A DNA stretch of 64,000 bases from an uncultured Bacilli bacterium (lineage in GTDB: Bacteria > Bacillota_I > Bacilli_A > RF39 > UBA660). A program made the translations under genes and the position numbers. The first letter of the stretch is position 1, and each line of letters opens with the position of its first letter. The notes under the pieces are model-generated. The model was not told where the DNA came from. It did not search any database and saw only the letters and a program-made list of their open reading frames with translations. This document shows positions 42,622 to 52,589 of the stretch, one piece after another. The stretch is taken from the NCBI GenBank assembly GCA_934096275.1, contig CAKOLK010000003.1:28366-92365 (forward strand). The letters are read 5' to 3'.

Positions 42622-43456
42622 TAATGCACAATCTATAAAAGATAAACTAAAAACTATAGCAAAGCAAAGAAATGTTGATTTTAATTTAGTAATGAGATTT
42701 TATATGTATGATAGATTTATGGAAAGACTAGTAACCAGTAAATATAAAAATAACTTTATACTAAAAGGTGGATTTTATCTGAGCAAACTATTTGGCATAG
42801 ATAACAGAAACACAATAGATATAGACACAGCGATTCAAAACACAGAACTTGATAAAGAAAATATAAAAAATATAATAAATGAAATATTAAATATAGATAC
42901 AAATGATAATGTTATTTTCTCATTAGAAGAAATAACCCCAATTCGTGAGGAAGATGAATATGGTGGATTAAGAGTTACAGTCATTTTTAAATTGGATAAC
43001 ATAAAGGACAAATTTCATATTGATATAGCAACTGGAGATCCAATATATCCCGGACCAAAATATTATAATTATCAAACACTCATTAATAATAAAGAATATG
43101 AAGTTCTAACATACAGTATTGAAACTATTTTAGCAGAAAAAATAGAAACAATACTAAGTAAACTAGAAAAAAGTAGTAGAATGAAAGATTATTATGATAT
43201 CTATATGATATACAAGTTTGAGTTTGAAAGAATAAATAAAAATAATTTAAAAATAGCAATAGAAAAAACATTTAAAAAAAGAGACTTCAATCAAAATCCA
43301 ATAAAAAATATAGAAATAATCAAAAGTAGTGAAATATTAAAAATAAAATGGAAGAGTTACACTTTAAAAAATAAATATGCAAAAAACATTGATTTTAACG
43401 AAACAATAAAATGTTTAGAACAATTTATAAAAATAATAGACATTGTAACAACATAA
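42614..43456 (+). CDS. abiEii: AbiEii nucleotidyltransferase toxin (DUF1814)
   Basis: FILKGGFYLSKLFGIDNRNTIDIDTA motif. Confidence 0.75.
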   Translation: MNNNAQSIKDKLKTIAKQRNVDFNLVMRFYMYDRFMERLVTSKYKNNFILKGGFYLSKLFGIDNRNTIDIDTAIQNTELDKENIKNIINEILNIDTNDNVIFSLEEITPIREEDEYGGLRVTVIFKLDNIKDKFHIDIATGDPIYPGPKYYNYQTLINNKEYEVLTYSIETILAEKIETILSKLEKSSRMKDYYDIYMIYKFEFERINKNNLKIAIEKTFKKRDFNQNPIKNIEIIKSSEILKIKWKSYTLKNKYAKNIDFNETIKCLEQFIKIIDIVTT

Positions 43457-43519
43457 CAACACGAATAACATAAAATATATTGACCAAGCACCATTGATAT
43501 GATAAAATAAATCTATAAA

Positions 43520-43715
43520 AGTTTTGATAAGGACACGATTTATATTAAGTTATCAAAGAGAGTTAGTATTTGGTGAAAACTAATATAACAAAATATAAAT
43601 TACTACCTTTAAACTGCTCTAGAAATAGAAACCGGATAACTCCGTTATAGTTTTAAGTTATAAGGTAGGATGGTACCGCGTTTAAACGCTCCTTAATAAA
43701 AGGAGTGTTTTTTTA
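43520..43715 (+). promoter_or_regulatory. T-box riboswitch leader, threonine-specific (ACU specifier)
   Basis: Promoter TTGACC-17-TAAAAT at 43480-43508. Stem I AGAGAG; specifier loop GGUGAAAACUAA. T-box sequence GGATGGTACCGCG at 43668-43680. Terminator cgctcctt-aataa-aaggagtg followed by T7. Confidence 0.75.
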
Positions 43716-43741
43716 TTTAAACTTTGTACTGGGGGTATAAT

Positions 43742-44263
43742 ATGAAAATAAAAAACTTAAAAGTAAATGAAACATATTTCTTTACAATAAATGGTTTCTT
43801 ACAAAGATACTATGGATTCAAAAAAAATATGTTTCAAAACCTAACACACTCTGACTTAGATGTGTTATTACCAGATATCAAAAAAACCAAACAAGAAGAA
43901 ATAACTGAAGAAAATATTAAAAAAGGAAAAATAATCCTTGTAAAAGATGTAAAACATAAAATTATAGCATACGATAATCCGTTACTATTAGATGAAAACA
44001 ACTATGTATTACAAACCGATAATTCAAATGTTGAAGTAATCTTTTTAGACGATACAATTGATGACTATTGTGATGTTACTGAAGAAGATTTACCATTTAT
44101 GAGTGATAATCAATTAGAACAAGCACTTGCATACTTTAAATTACATAACAATCATAAAATGATAAGACTAATCATAACGGAATTTCGTTTTAGACCAAAA
44201 AAGGGTTGTAAAAGAAGAAAACTAGAAAAACAAATAAAAGAGGAAAAAATGGAGGTAGATTAA
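43742..44263 (+). CDS. hypothetical protein co-transcribed with thrS
   Basis: ORF lying between the T-box terminator and thrS. Confidence 0.4.
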   Translation: MKIKNLKVNETYFFTINGFLQRYYGFKKNMFQNLTHSDLDVLLPDIKKTKQEEITEENIKKGKIILVKDVKHKIIAYDNPLLLDENNYVLQTDNSNVEVIFLDDTIDDYCDVTEEDLPFMSDNQLEQALAYFKLHNNHKMIRLIITEFRFRPKKGCKRRKLEKQIKEEKMEVD

Positions 44264-44264
44264 A

Positions 44265-46034
44265 ATGCAAAATATAAAAGAAAATGAAAATCTAAATACT
44301 TTAAACCATAGTTGTGCTCACTTATTAGCACACGCTGTAAAACATCTTTATCCTGAAGCTAAGTTCTTTGTAGGACCAGTAATCGAAGAAGGATTCTATT
44401 ACGACATCGATCTAGGAGACAAAACTCTAACTGAAGAAGATCTTCCTAAAATAGAAAAAGAAATGAAAAAAATATCAAAAGACAACAAACTAATAAAAAG
44501 AATAGAACTAACAAAACAAGAAGCACTTGATATGTTCAAAGATGATATGTATAAAATAGACCTAATTAATAGAATGGATGAAAAAGAAATAATATCAGCA
44601 TATCAACAAGGAGACTTCATCGACTTATGCCGTGGTCCTCATATGACCTCTACTAAACAAATGAAATACTTCAAACTATTAAAAGTAAGTGGGGCATATT
44701 GGAAAGGGGACTCTAAAAACAAAATGCTTCAAAGAATATATGGTATATGCTTTGAAACAGAAGAAGAACTAAACGAACACTTACAAGCACTACAAGACGC
44801 TAAAGAAAGAGACCATCGTAAAATAGGAAAAGATCTTAACATATTCATGTTCTCTGAATTAGTAGGAAAAGGATTACCAATGTGGTTACCAAATGGATTC
44901 ATAATAAGAAAAGAACTAAGTGACTACATAACAGAAAAAGAACTAAAACTAGGATACAAACACGTAATGACACCATCACTTGGTAATGTTGACCTATACA
45001 AAACAAGTGGCCACTGGGCACACTATAAAGACGATATGTTTCCAGCAATGGAACTAGACAATGAATCATATGTTCTAAGACCAATGAACTGTCCACATCA
45101 CATGATGATTTATAAAAACTTTCTACACTCATACCGTGATCTACCACTTCGTTTAGCAGAAATAGCTAATGACTTTAGATACGAAGCAAGTGGAGCATGC
45201 TGTGGAATAGAAAGAGCAAGAGCATTTACACAAAATGATTCTCACATCTTCTGTACACAAGATCAAATAGGACAAGAAGTACAAGGAGTAATAGACTTAA
45301 TACTAGATGTATACAAAGACTTTAACTTTAAAGAATATAGTTTTAGACTATCACTAAGAGATAAAAATAACAAAGAAAAATACTTTGGTAACGATGAACT
45401 ATGGGAAAAAAGTGAAAATGCCCTAAGAAAAATCCTAAAAGAATCAAAAGCTAAATACTATGAAGCCGAAGGAGAAGCAGCATTCTATGGACCAAAAATA
45501 GATGTCCAAGTAAAAAGCGCAATAGGACACGACGTAACCCTTTCAACAGTACAATTAGACTATCAACTACCAGAAAGATTTGAACTTGAATACGTAGCAG
45601 AAGACGGTACAAAGAAAAGACCAGTAGTAATTCATCGTGCCATACTAGGATCACTTGATAGATTTACAGCATTCTTACTTGAAGAAACAAAAGGTGCTTT
45701 ACCACTTTGGCTATCTCCAGTTCAAGTAAACATTATTCCAGTAAATAATGAATACCATTTAGAATACGCAAAACAAATACAAAAACTTCTAAATGAAAAT
45801 AACATAAGATGTGAACTAGATTCTCGTGATGAAAAACTATCATACAAAATGAGAGAATCACAAACTAAAAAAATACCAGTAACACTAATACTTGGAGATA
45901 AAGAAAGAGATAACAACCAAATAAGCTTAAGAAGATTCCAATCAAAAGAAACAACAACAAAAGATAAAGAAGACTTTATAAATGAAATAACAAAAGAAAT
46001 AAAAGAAAAAATATATAGACCATCAAACAACTGA
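44265..46034 (+). CDS. thrS: threonyl-tRNA synthetase (lacks the N-terminal TGS domain)
   Basis: Class II aaRS motifs; CAHLLAHAV editing-domain start. Confidence 0.95.
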   Translation: MQNIKENENLNTLNHSCAHLLAHAVKHLYPEAKFFVGPVIEEGFYYDIDLGDKTLTEEDLPKIEKEMKKISKDNKLIKRIELTKQEALDMFKDDMYKIDLINRMDEKEIISAYQQGDFIDLCRGPHMTSTKQMKYFKLLKVSGAYWKGDSKNKMLQRIYGICFETEEELNEHLQALQDAKERDHRKIGKDLNIFMFSELVGKGLPMWLPNGFIIRKELSDYITEKELKLGYKHVMTPSLGNVDLYKTSGHWAHYKDDMFPAMELDNESYVLRPMNCPHHMMIYKNFLHSYRDLPLRLAEIANDFRYEASGACCGIERARAFTQNDSHIFCTQDQIGQEVQGVIDLILDVYKDFNFKEYSFRLSLRDKNNKEKYFGNDELWEKSENALRKILKESKAKYYEAEGEAAFYGPKIDVQVKSAIGHDVTLSTVQLDYQLPERFELEYVAEDGTKKRPVVIHRAILGSLDRFTAFLLEETKGALPLWLSPVQVNIIPVNNEYHLEYAKQIQKLLNENNIRCELDSRDEKLSYKMRESQTKKIPVTLILGDKERDNNQISLRRFQSKETTTKDKEDFINEITKEIKEKIYRPSNN

Positions 46035-46056
46035 TGGTCTTTTAAAGGGAGAAAAC

Positions 46057-46920
46057 ATGATACAAGAATTTGATTTACATACACATACAATAAACTCAGA
46101 TGGAGAATACACTACTAAACAATTAGTACAAAAAATAAAAGATTCCAATATAAAAACATTTGCAATATCAGACCATGACAGCATACAAAGCATAAATGAT
46201 ATAAAAAACCTAGACCTAAAAGGACTAAACTATATAAAAGCAATAGAAATATCATCAATCCTAGATGGTGAATATAAGATGCACATTCTAGGATATAACA
46301 TAGATGAAGAAAATGAACAACTATTAGAAATAATAAACAATCTAAAACAAAAAAGAATTAAAAGAATATACGACATAAAAGATAGTTTAAAAGAACAATA
46401 TAATGTAATACTAAAAGATGAAGAAATAGAAAATGTAATAAGAGAACATAACATACCAGGAAGAGTCCATATCGCAAAACTATTAGTAAAAAACAACTAC
46501 ACAAAAACAGTACCTGAAGCATTTGAAAAATATTTAGATGATATAAAAACAACAATCATCGCTAGAGAAGATGCAGCAAAAGTAATAAAAGCAATAAAAG
46601 AATCAGGTGGAATAGCCATATGGGCACACCCTAAAAAAACCGAAAAACAACATAATATAAATATGGAAGAAATATTACCTAATCTAATATCACAAGGACT
46701 TGAGGGTATCGAAGTATATAATAGCCTACATACATATGAAGAATCACAAAGATACCTGGAAATAGCTAAAAAATATAATATATTAACAAGCGGAGGAAGC
46801 GATTACCATGGTCCTGTTGCAAAGCCAAATGTTCTACTAGGAAAAATCTACAAAGACAATGAAAACTATAAAATATCAATAGAACAAATAACACTATTAA
46901 AAAAACTAAATATAAAATAA
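46057..46920 (+). CDS. PHP-domain metal-dependent phosphoesterase
   Basis: LHTHT...SDG...ISDHD. Confidence 0.75.
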   Translation: MIQEFDLHTHTINSDGEYTTKQLVQKIKDSNIKTFAISDHDSIQSINDIKNLDLKGLNYIKAIEISSILDGEYKMHILGYNIDEENEQLLEIINNLKQKRIKRIYDIKDSLKEQYNVILKDEEIENVIREHNIPGRVHIAKLLVKNNYTKTVPEAFEKYLDDIKTTIIAREDAAKVIKAIKESGGIAIWAHPKKTEKQHNINMEEILPNLISQGLEGIEVYNSLHTYEESQRYLEIAKKYNILTSGGSDYHGPVAKPNVLLGKIYKDNENYKISIEQITLLKKLNIK

Positions 46921-46934
46921 AAAGAGCAAAAGCT

Positions 46935-48797
46935 CTAAAAGATAAGATTTAGTAAATTACTAAGTATAAAACAACAAACAATACCCACTAAAGTAGGAAT
47001 GATAATAGAGATAATTGTCCACAAAAGACTATTTGTCTCTTTTTTAATAGTAACAATAGTGGTACCACATGGAAAATGAAACATTGTAAAAAAGATAAAA
47101 CATAAAGCAGTAACAATAGTCCAACCATTAGAAATAAGTATATCCCTTAACTCATTAAGACTAGTATAACCAGTAATATTACCTTTACATAAATAAGCCA
47201 TTATAATAATAGGAATAACAATCTCATTCGCCGGAAGACCAAGTATAAAAGCAAGAACGATAACCCCATCTAAACCAATAAAACTACCAAATGGTTCTAA
47301 AAAATTAGAACAAATACTAAGAATACTAATTCCTCCTATATAAACATTAGAACAAATCCAAATAATGATACCCGCAGGAATAGACACACAAATCGCCCTA
47401 ATTAGTACAAACAAAGTCCTATCTATAACAGATCTAACAATAGTCTTTAAAACCTCAGGCCTTCTATATGGAGGCATTTCAATCACAAAAGTAGAATCCT
47501 TACTCTTTAAAATAGTACAAGATAATATCTTAGAAACAATAAATGTCATAATAACAGAAATTACTATAAAAACTAAGAGCATTAAAGAAGAAACCAAAGA
47601 ATTAACAAACCTATTACCAATACCATAAGTAATAAAAATACTAATCATCGCAATAAGAGTAGGAAACCTTCCATTACAAGGACTAAAACAATTAGTAATA
47701 ATAGCAATAAGTCTTTGCTTCTTCTCTTTAATAATTCTACAACCCATAACACCACAAGCATTACATCCATATCCCATACACATAGTAAGAACTTGTCTAC
47801 CTTGACTACCACATTTATTAAATGACTTATCTAAATTAAAAGCAATTCTAGGAAGATAACCAGAATCTTCTAATAAAGAAAATAATGGAAAAAATATAGC
47901 CATCGGAGGTAACATAACAGATACTACCCAAAATACAGTTTTAAAAATACCATTAATAATAAAATCAATAATAGTTTCATTGAGACCAATAAAGTTAAGA
48001 AAACTATTAAAACAAGACAAAATATAAAATAAAAACTTACTAAGATAATCTGATATGTAATTAGCGCCAATAATAGTAATCCAAAGAATAATACCAAGAA
48101 GTAAAAGCATTATTAAAATACCATATCTTCTAGAAGTAACCACCTTATCAATCTTTAAAGTAATAGGATCATAACAATTATTACTAACACAAGCATTATA
48201 AATATCTTTTGCAAGAGAATAAGTACCAATTATTTCTCTTTTTTTATTACCAGTAAAACTGATAATAAAATCTTTTAACTTCTTAATACCAATCTTCTTT
48301 CTAGCACTAATAGGTATAACAGGAACTCCTAAAAATACCTCTAACTTATCATAATCAATTACTATTCCATTTCTTTGTGCTTCATCAATCAAATTAACAC
48401 ATACTATAACATTATCAACTTTAGTAACAGTATCAAGAACTAAATTAATACCCTTAAGTAAAGAAGTTCCATCAATAACAACAATAACTATATCACAAGT
48501 ATTATTAAGTAAAAAATCACTTGCAATTACTTCCTCCTTTGAATAACCTCTAAGAGAATAAGTACCAGGTAAATCAACAACATTATAAACATTACTTTTA
48601 TATTTAAAAACTCCACAAGCACTACCAACAGTCTTACCAGGCCAATTACCAGTATGTTGATTAAGACCAGTAAGTAAATTAAACAAAGTACTTTTACCAA
48701 CATTAGGATTACCTAAAAGAGCAATAGATAACTTATCATCAATTAAACTATCAAAATCATTAGACTTAAAACCTCTAGAAAGTCCCATCACCATCAT
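46935..48797 (-). CDS. feoB: ferrous iron transporter FeoB
   Basis: G-domain LGNPNVGKSTLFN plus a polytopic membrane domain. Confidence 0.9.
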   Translation of the reverse strand: MMVMGLSRGFKSNDFDSLIDDKLSIALLGNPNVGKSTLFNLLTGLNQHTGNWPGKTVGSACGVFKYKSNVYNVVDLPGTYSLRGYSKEEVIASDFLLNNTCDIVIVVIDGTSLLKGINLVLDTVTKVDNVIVCVNLIDEAQRNGIVIDYDKLEVFLGVPVIPISARKKIGIKKLKDFIISFTGNKKREIIGTYSLAKDIYNACVSNNCYDPITLKIDKVVTSRRYGILIMLLLLGIILWITIIGANYISDYLSKFLFYILSCFNSFLNFIGLNETIIDFIINGIFKTVFWVVSVMLPPMAIFFPLFSLLEDSGYLPRIAFNLDKSFNKCGSQGRQVLTMCMGYGCNACGVMGCRIIKEKKQRLIAIITNCFSPCNGRFPTLIAMISIFITYGIGNRFVNSLVSSLMLLVFIVISVIMTFIVSKILSCTILKSKDSTFVIEMPPYRRPEVLKTIVRSVIDRTLFVLIRAICVSIPAGIIIWICSNVYIGGISILSICSNFLEPFGSFIGLDGVIVLAFILGLPANEIVIPIIIMAYLCKGNITGYTSLNELRDILISNGWTIVTALCFIFFTMFHFPCGTTIVTIKKETNSLLWTIISIIIPTLVGIVCCFILSNLLNLIF

Positions 48798-49026
48798 CCT
48801 TTAAAACAATAATATTATCACAATCACTTTTTCTAATAGCAATAATACTATTATCAACTAAAAAAGCAATAGGATCACCAAGCATAGCATAATACAAACA
48901 AACAATTTCATTACCAGATCTAATACCAAGACTCTCTAAATACCTCTTACTATCACTATTAATATTATTTTTATACACAATAACCTTATCTGAAGGAGCA
49001 ATTTCACTTAATTTAATCTTCATCAT
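48775..49026 (-). CDS. feoA: FeoA
   Basis: MMKIKLSEIAPSDKVIV...LESLGIRSGNEIV; RBS aggagag. Confidence 0.75.
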   Translation of the reverse strand: MMKIKLSEIAPSDKVIVYKNNINSDSKRYLESLGIRSGNEIVCLYYAMLGDPIAFLVDNSIIAIRKSDCDNIIVLKDDGDGTF

Positions 49027-49129
49027 AATAAACTCTCCTAATATAATATATGTAAAATAAAAATAAGTGCAATCTCTTGAAAAGAAAACGAACTTATTAT
49101 ATAATTTAAATATGATAAAGGAGATAATT

Positions 49130-49567
49130 ATGAAAGTAAACATTAAAAAATTAAATGAGAAAGCAAAGTTACCAACTTATGGTACTGAATATTCAGCAGG
49201 AGCGGATCTTTATGCATGTATTGATGATGCTATGGAAATAGAAGCTCATGAAACAAAATTAATACCAACTGGATTATCACTTGAAATACCAGAAAACTAT
49301 GCCGGATTAATTTATGCAAGAAGCGGATTAGCATCAAAAAAAGGTCTTGCACCAGCAAATAAAGTTGGAGTAATAGACTCAGACTATCGTGGTGAAGTAA
49401 TGGTTGCATTACATAATCATACAAATGAATCTAAACAAATTGAGACATTTGAAAGAATAGCACAACTAGTAATAACACCATTTTTAAAAGTTGAATTCAA
49501 TGAAACAGATAAACTAAACGAAACAGTTCGTGGTGAAGGCGGATTTGGTTCAACAGGTACAAAATAA
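49130..49567 (+). CDS. dut: dUTP diphosphatase
   Basis: KLPTYGTEYSAGADLYA...RSGLA...GVIDSDYRGE. Confidence 0.9.
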   Translation: MKVNIKKLNEKAKLPTYGTEYSAGADLYACIDDAMEIEAHETKLIPTGLSLEIPENYAGLIYARSGLASKKGLAPANKVGVIDSDYRGEVMVALHNHTNESKQIETFERIAQLVITPFLKVEFNETDKLNETVRGEGGFGSTGTK

Positions 49568-49570
49568 AAG

Positions 49571-49627
49571 AGTTATCGGGCACTTTTAACGAAGTCCAGG
49601 AAGTGCCCGATAACTTTATTTTTATGT
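49571..49627 (+). terminator. rho-independent terminator
   Basis: Hairpin gttatcgggcactt...aagtgcccgataac followed by a T-run. Confidence 0.75.
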
Positions 49628-49764
49628 AAACTAAATATAAAAAATAATAAGAGATCCTATGAAATAGCATATGAAGATAATACTACAAAAAAATATGATA
49701 TTATAAATGTATCAACCCTAAATAAAGCCTAGTGCTTTATTTTTTTACACAAAAAAAGCAATAA

Positions 49765-50316
49765 CTAAATTGCTCTATATTTATCAGCATCCTTATAAGG
49801 ATTTTTTGGATCAATACGATCTATAAAAAGTATACCATTCAAATGATCTATTTCATGTTGAAAAGCAATAGCTAGTTCTTCTCTTGCTCTAACTTTTATC
49901 TTGTTACCATCCATATCATATCCAGTAACAGTAACTCTTGCATGTCGTGGTATAATACCATTAACTTCACGATTAACAGATAAACATCCTTCACCTTCTT
50001 CAACATATATCATTTCCTCTGAAGAACTAACAATCTTAGGGTTAATAATAATATAAGTCTTAAAAGTTTCTTTTATATCTTGTTCATGGACCACTACAAA
50101 ATACCTTTTATCAATACCAAGTTGAATCGCAGCCATACCCATACCAGGTCTTAAATTGTACTTTTTAGCAAGTTTATCAATTTGACTATTAGTAAGATAC
50201 TCAATCATAAGATCAATATTTTTTCTATCCTCATCACTAAGAGGAAAACTAACTTCCTTACTAACATTTCTGAGTATTTTATTACTCTCATCAACTATAT
50301 CTTTATTTTTTAACAT
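49765..50316 (-). CDS. def: peptide deformylase
   Basis: GxGxAAxQ, EGCLS and HEIDHLNG motifs. Confidence 0.9.
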   Translation of the reverse strand: MLKNKDIVDESNKILRNVSKEVSFPLSDEDRKNIDLMIEYLTNSQIDKLAKKYNLRPGMGMAAIQLGIDKRYFVVVHEQDIKETFKTYIIINPKIVSSSEEMIYVEEGEGCLSVNREVNGIIPRHARVTVTGYDMDGNKIKVRAREELAIAFQHEIDHLNGILFIDRIDPKNPYKDADKYRAI

Positions 50317-50386
50317 ACTACCACCTCAAAAGTACCTACATTATAGCACAAAAAAAGGAAATAGTAAACTACTTCCTAATTTTATA

Positions 50387-50551
50387 TTAATTCCATGCTC
50401 TAGCACCAAGTATAATTATTAATAAAATAAATAAAACTAAGATAATAGCATAATTATTTCCATAACCTGTAGCATATCCATAGTTAGTTGGCATTTGATT
50501 GCAACAACTTCCTGTATTCCCATATCCATAGGAATTACCATAATAATACAT
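50387..50551 (-). CDS. YjcZ-family tiny sporulation-associated membrane protein (54 aa)
   Basis: ggagg RBS. Gly/Tyr-rich N-terminus followed by AIILVLFILLIIILGA. Absent from the ORF track. Confidence 0.5.
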   Translation of the reverse strand: MYYYGNSYGYGNTGSCCNQMPTNYGYATGYGNNYAIILVLFILLIIILGARAWN

Positions 50552-50682
50552 AAGCATCCTCCTTTAACTATCTATTATAGTTTATTATACATAAGCAATT
50601 TGTGTTATTATAAAAACACAATTTCATAAAATATTTGCAAAAATAATACTATGATGTTATTATTATAATGAGGTAATAATAT

Positions 50683-51804
50683 ATGATAAAAAAAATAGAT
50701 AAACAACTATTAATTTTAACAATAATACTATTTTCAGTAGGACTAGTAATGATATATTCTGCATCAAACGTAACAGCATTCATGGTAAACGAAACAACTC
50801 CATGGAGATACTTCATAAGAGAAATAATTTTCATGATCGCAGGCCTATTTGGAGCCATGATACTCTTAATGACACCATTTAAAAAATACTATAGATGGTC
50901 ATTGTTCTTTACATTAATATTTACAGGACTAATATTTTGCTTAGTAGTCTGGGGAACAGTAACAAATGGTGCTACCAACTGGATTGGATATAAAGGGTTA
51001 GGTATTCAACCAAGTGAATTCGTAAAAATAACAAGTATTCCTTTATTTGCATTATACTATGAAAAAAATAAAAAATATCAAGATAACAAAATAAGAATGA
51101 TAACACCTTTGATACTAGGTATGATAATAACAATACTAATAATTGCTCAAAAAGATTGGGGAACTGCAGTTATCTATGCATCAATTGTAATATTTATGTT
51201 CTTCTTCTCGAATGCTTCAAAAAAAATAAAAGTAGATATTTTAAAAAAAGGATTAGTCTTATTAGTATTTGGTATTCTTTTATTAGCATTTGCGGGTGAT
51301 AAAGTACTCGGAGACAAAATCGCAAGATTTAACTTTAATGCTCCATGTGATAGATATCTAACAGATGGAAACCAATTATGCAATGGATTCATTGCTATGA
51401 ATGGGGGAGGACTATTTGGAAAAGGACTAGGTAACAGTACTCAAAAATACCTATATCTGCCAGAACCATACACTGATTTTATATTTGCAATATTTGTTGA
51501 AGAACTAGGACTAGTCGGAGCAGTAGGATTATTCCTCCTTTACTTACTATTAATTGTCAGAATAGTAGTCATAGGTAAAAAGTCAAACAAAGAATCATAC
51601 ACACTAATGTGTTATACAATAGCATTTTATATATTTATTCATATTGCAGTAAACTTAGGGGGAGTACTTGGAATTATTCCAATGACGGGGGTAACACTAC
51701 CATTCTTAAGCTATGGAGGAAGTATATGTATATCAATAATTGCAGCACTCACAATAGTTCAAAAAGTTGCAATAGAAACTAAAAGAAGTGTAAACAAAGT
51801 GTAA
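50683..51804 (+). CDS. ftsW: FtsW/RodA/SpoVE family peptidoglycan polymerase
   Basis: Ten TM helices; IYSAS; SEFVKI. Confidence 0.85.
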   Translation: MIKKIDKQLLILTIILFSVGLVMIYSASNVTAFMVNETTPWRYFIREIIFMIAGLFGAMILLMTPFKKYYRWSLFFTLIFTGLIFCLVVWGTVTNGATNWIGYKGLGIQPSEFVKITSIPLFALYYEKNKKYQDNKIRMITPLILGMIITILIIAQKDWGTAVIYASIVIFMFFFSNASKKIKVDILKKGLVLLVFGILLLAFAGDKVLGDKIARFNFNAPCDRYLTDGNQLCNGFIAMNGGGLFGKGLGNSTQKYLYLPEPYTDFIFAIFVEELGLVGAVGLFLLYLLLIVRIVVIGKKSNKESYTLMCYTIAFYIFIHIAVNLGGVLGIIPMTGVTLPFLSYGGSICISIIAALTIVQKVAIETKRSVNKV

Positions 51805-51875
51805 ACTTTTAATAAAAACAAAGGAACTTTTAATTTTTCATAATTCTATATATATGAACACATAAGGAGGAATTT

Positions 51876-52589
51876 ATGGAAAGATTAAAAGATTTTTTTT
51901 ATGATAATAAAACTATAATTATCATAACCATATCATTAGTACTAATAATACTAACAAACACATTACAATACTATTACTTTAAAAATAGTATAAAAGAAGA
52001 ACCATCAAACGATATTTCATTAAAAAACCATCAAGAACAAGAGCAAGAATACATCTATATTGATATTCGGGGAGAGATAAAAAAACCTGGAGTATACAAA
52101 ATATCAAAAGATAAAAGAGTAATAGATGCAATCGAAATAGCTAAAGGACTAACAAATAACGCAGACACATCAGTAAACAACTTAAGCATGCAACTAAAAG
52201 ATGAAATGGTAATAATAATCTACAGTAAACAAGAAGTAAAAAACTTTATTAAAACAAAAGAAAAAGAACAACTAAAAGAAGAAAACTGTTCTAAAGAACA
52301 AAATAATATTAAAAATGATTCTTGCATTACTCAAGATAAAAAAGAAAACAAAACTACCATTAAAACACAAGAAGACAAAAAAGAAGGAACTAAAACATCA
52401 TCAATCATAAACATAAATACTGCATCCCTTGAAGAATTAACAACCCTAAAAGGAATAGGAAGTAAAAAAGCACAAAAAATAATTGAATACAGAACTAAAT
52501 CACCATTTAAAACCAAAGAACAAATAATGGAAGTATCAGGAATCGGAGAATCACTATATAACAAAATAAAGGATAATATAACAACATGA
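51876..52589 (+). CDS. comEA: competence protein ComEA (helix-hairpin-helix DNA-binding)
   Basis: INTASLEELTTLKGIGSKKAQKIIEYR. Confidence 0.85.
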   Translation: MERLKDFFYDNKTIIIITISLVLIILTNTLQYYYFKNSIKEEPSNDISLKNHQEQEQEYIYIDIRGEIKKPGVYKISKDKRVIDAIEIAKGLTNNADTSVNNLSMQLKDEMVIIIYSKQEVKNFIKTKEKEQLKEENCSKEQNNIKNDSCITQDKKENKTTIKTQEDKKEGTKTSSIININTASLEELTTLKGIGSKKAQKIIEYRTKSPFKTKEQIMEVSGIGESLYNKIKDNITT

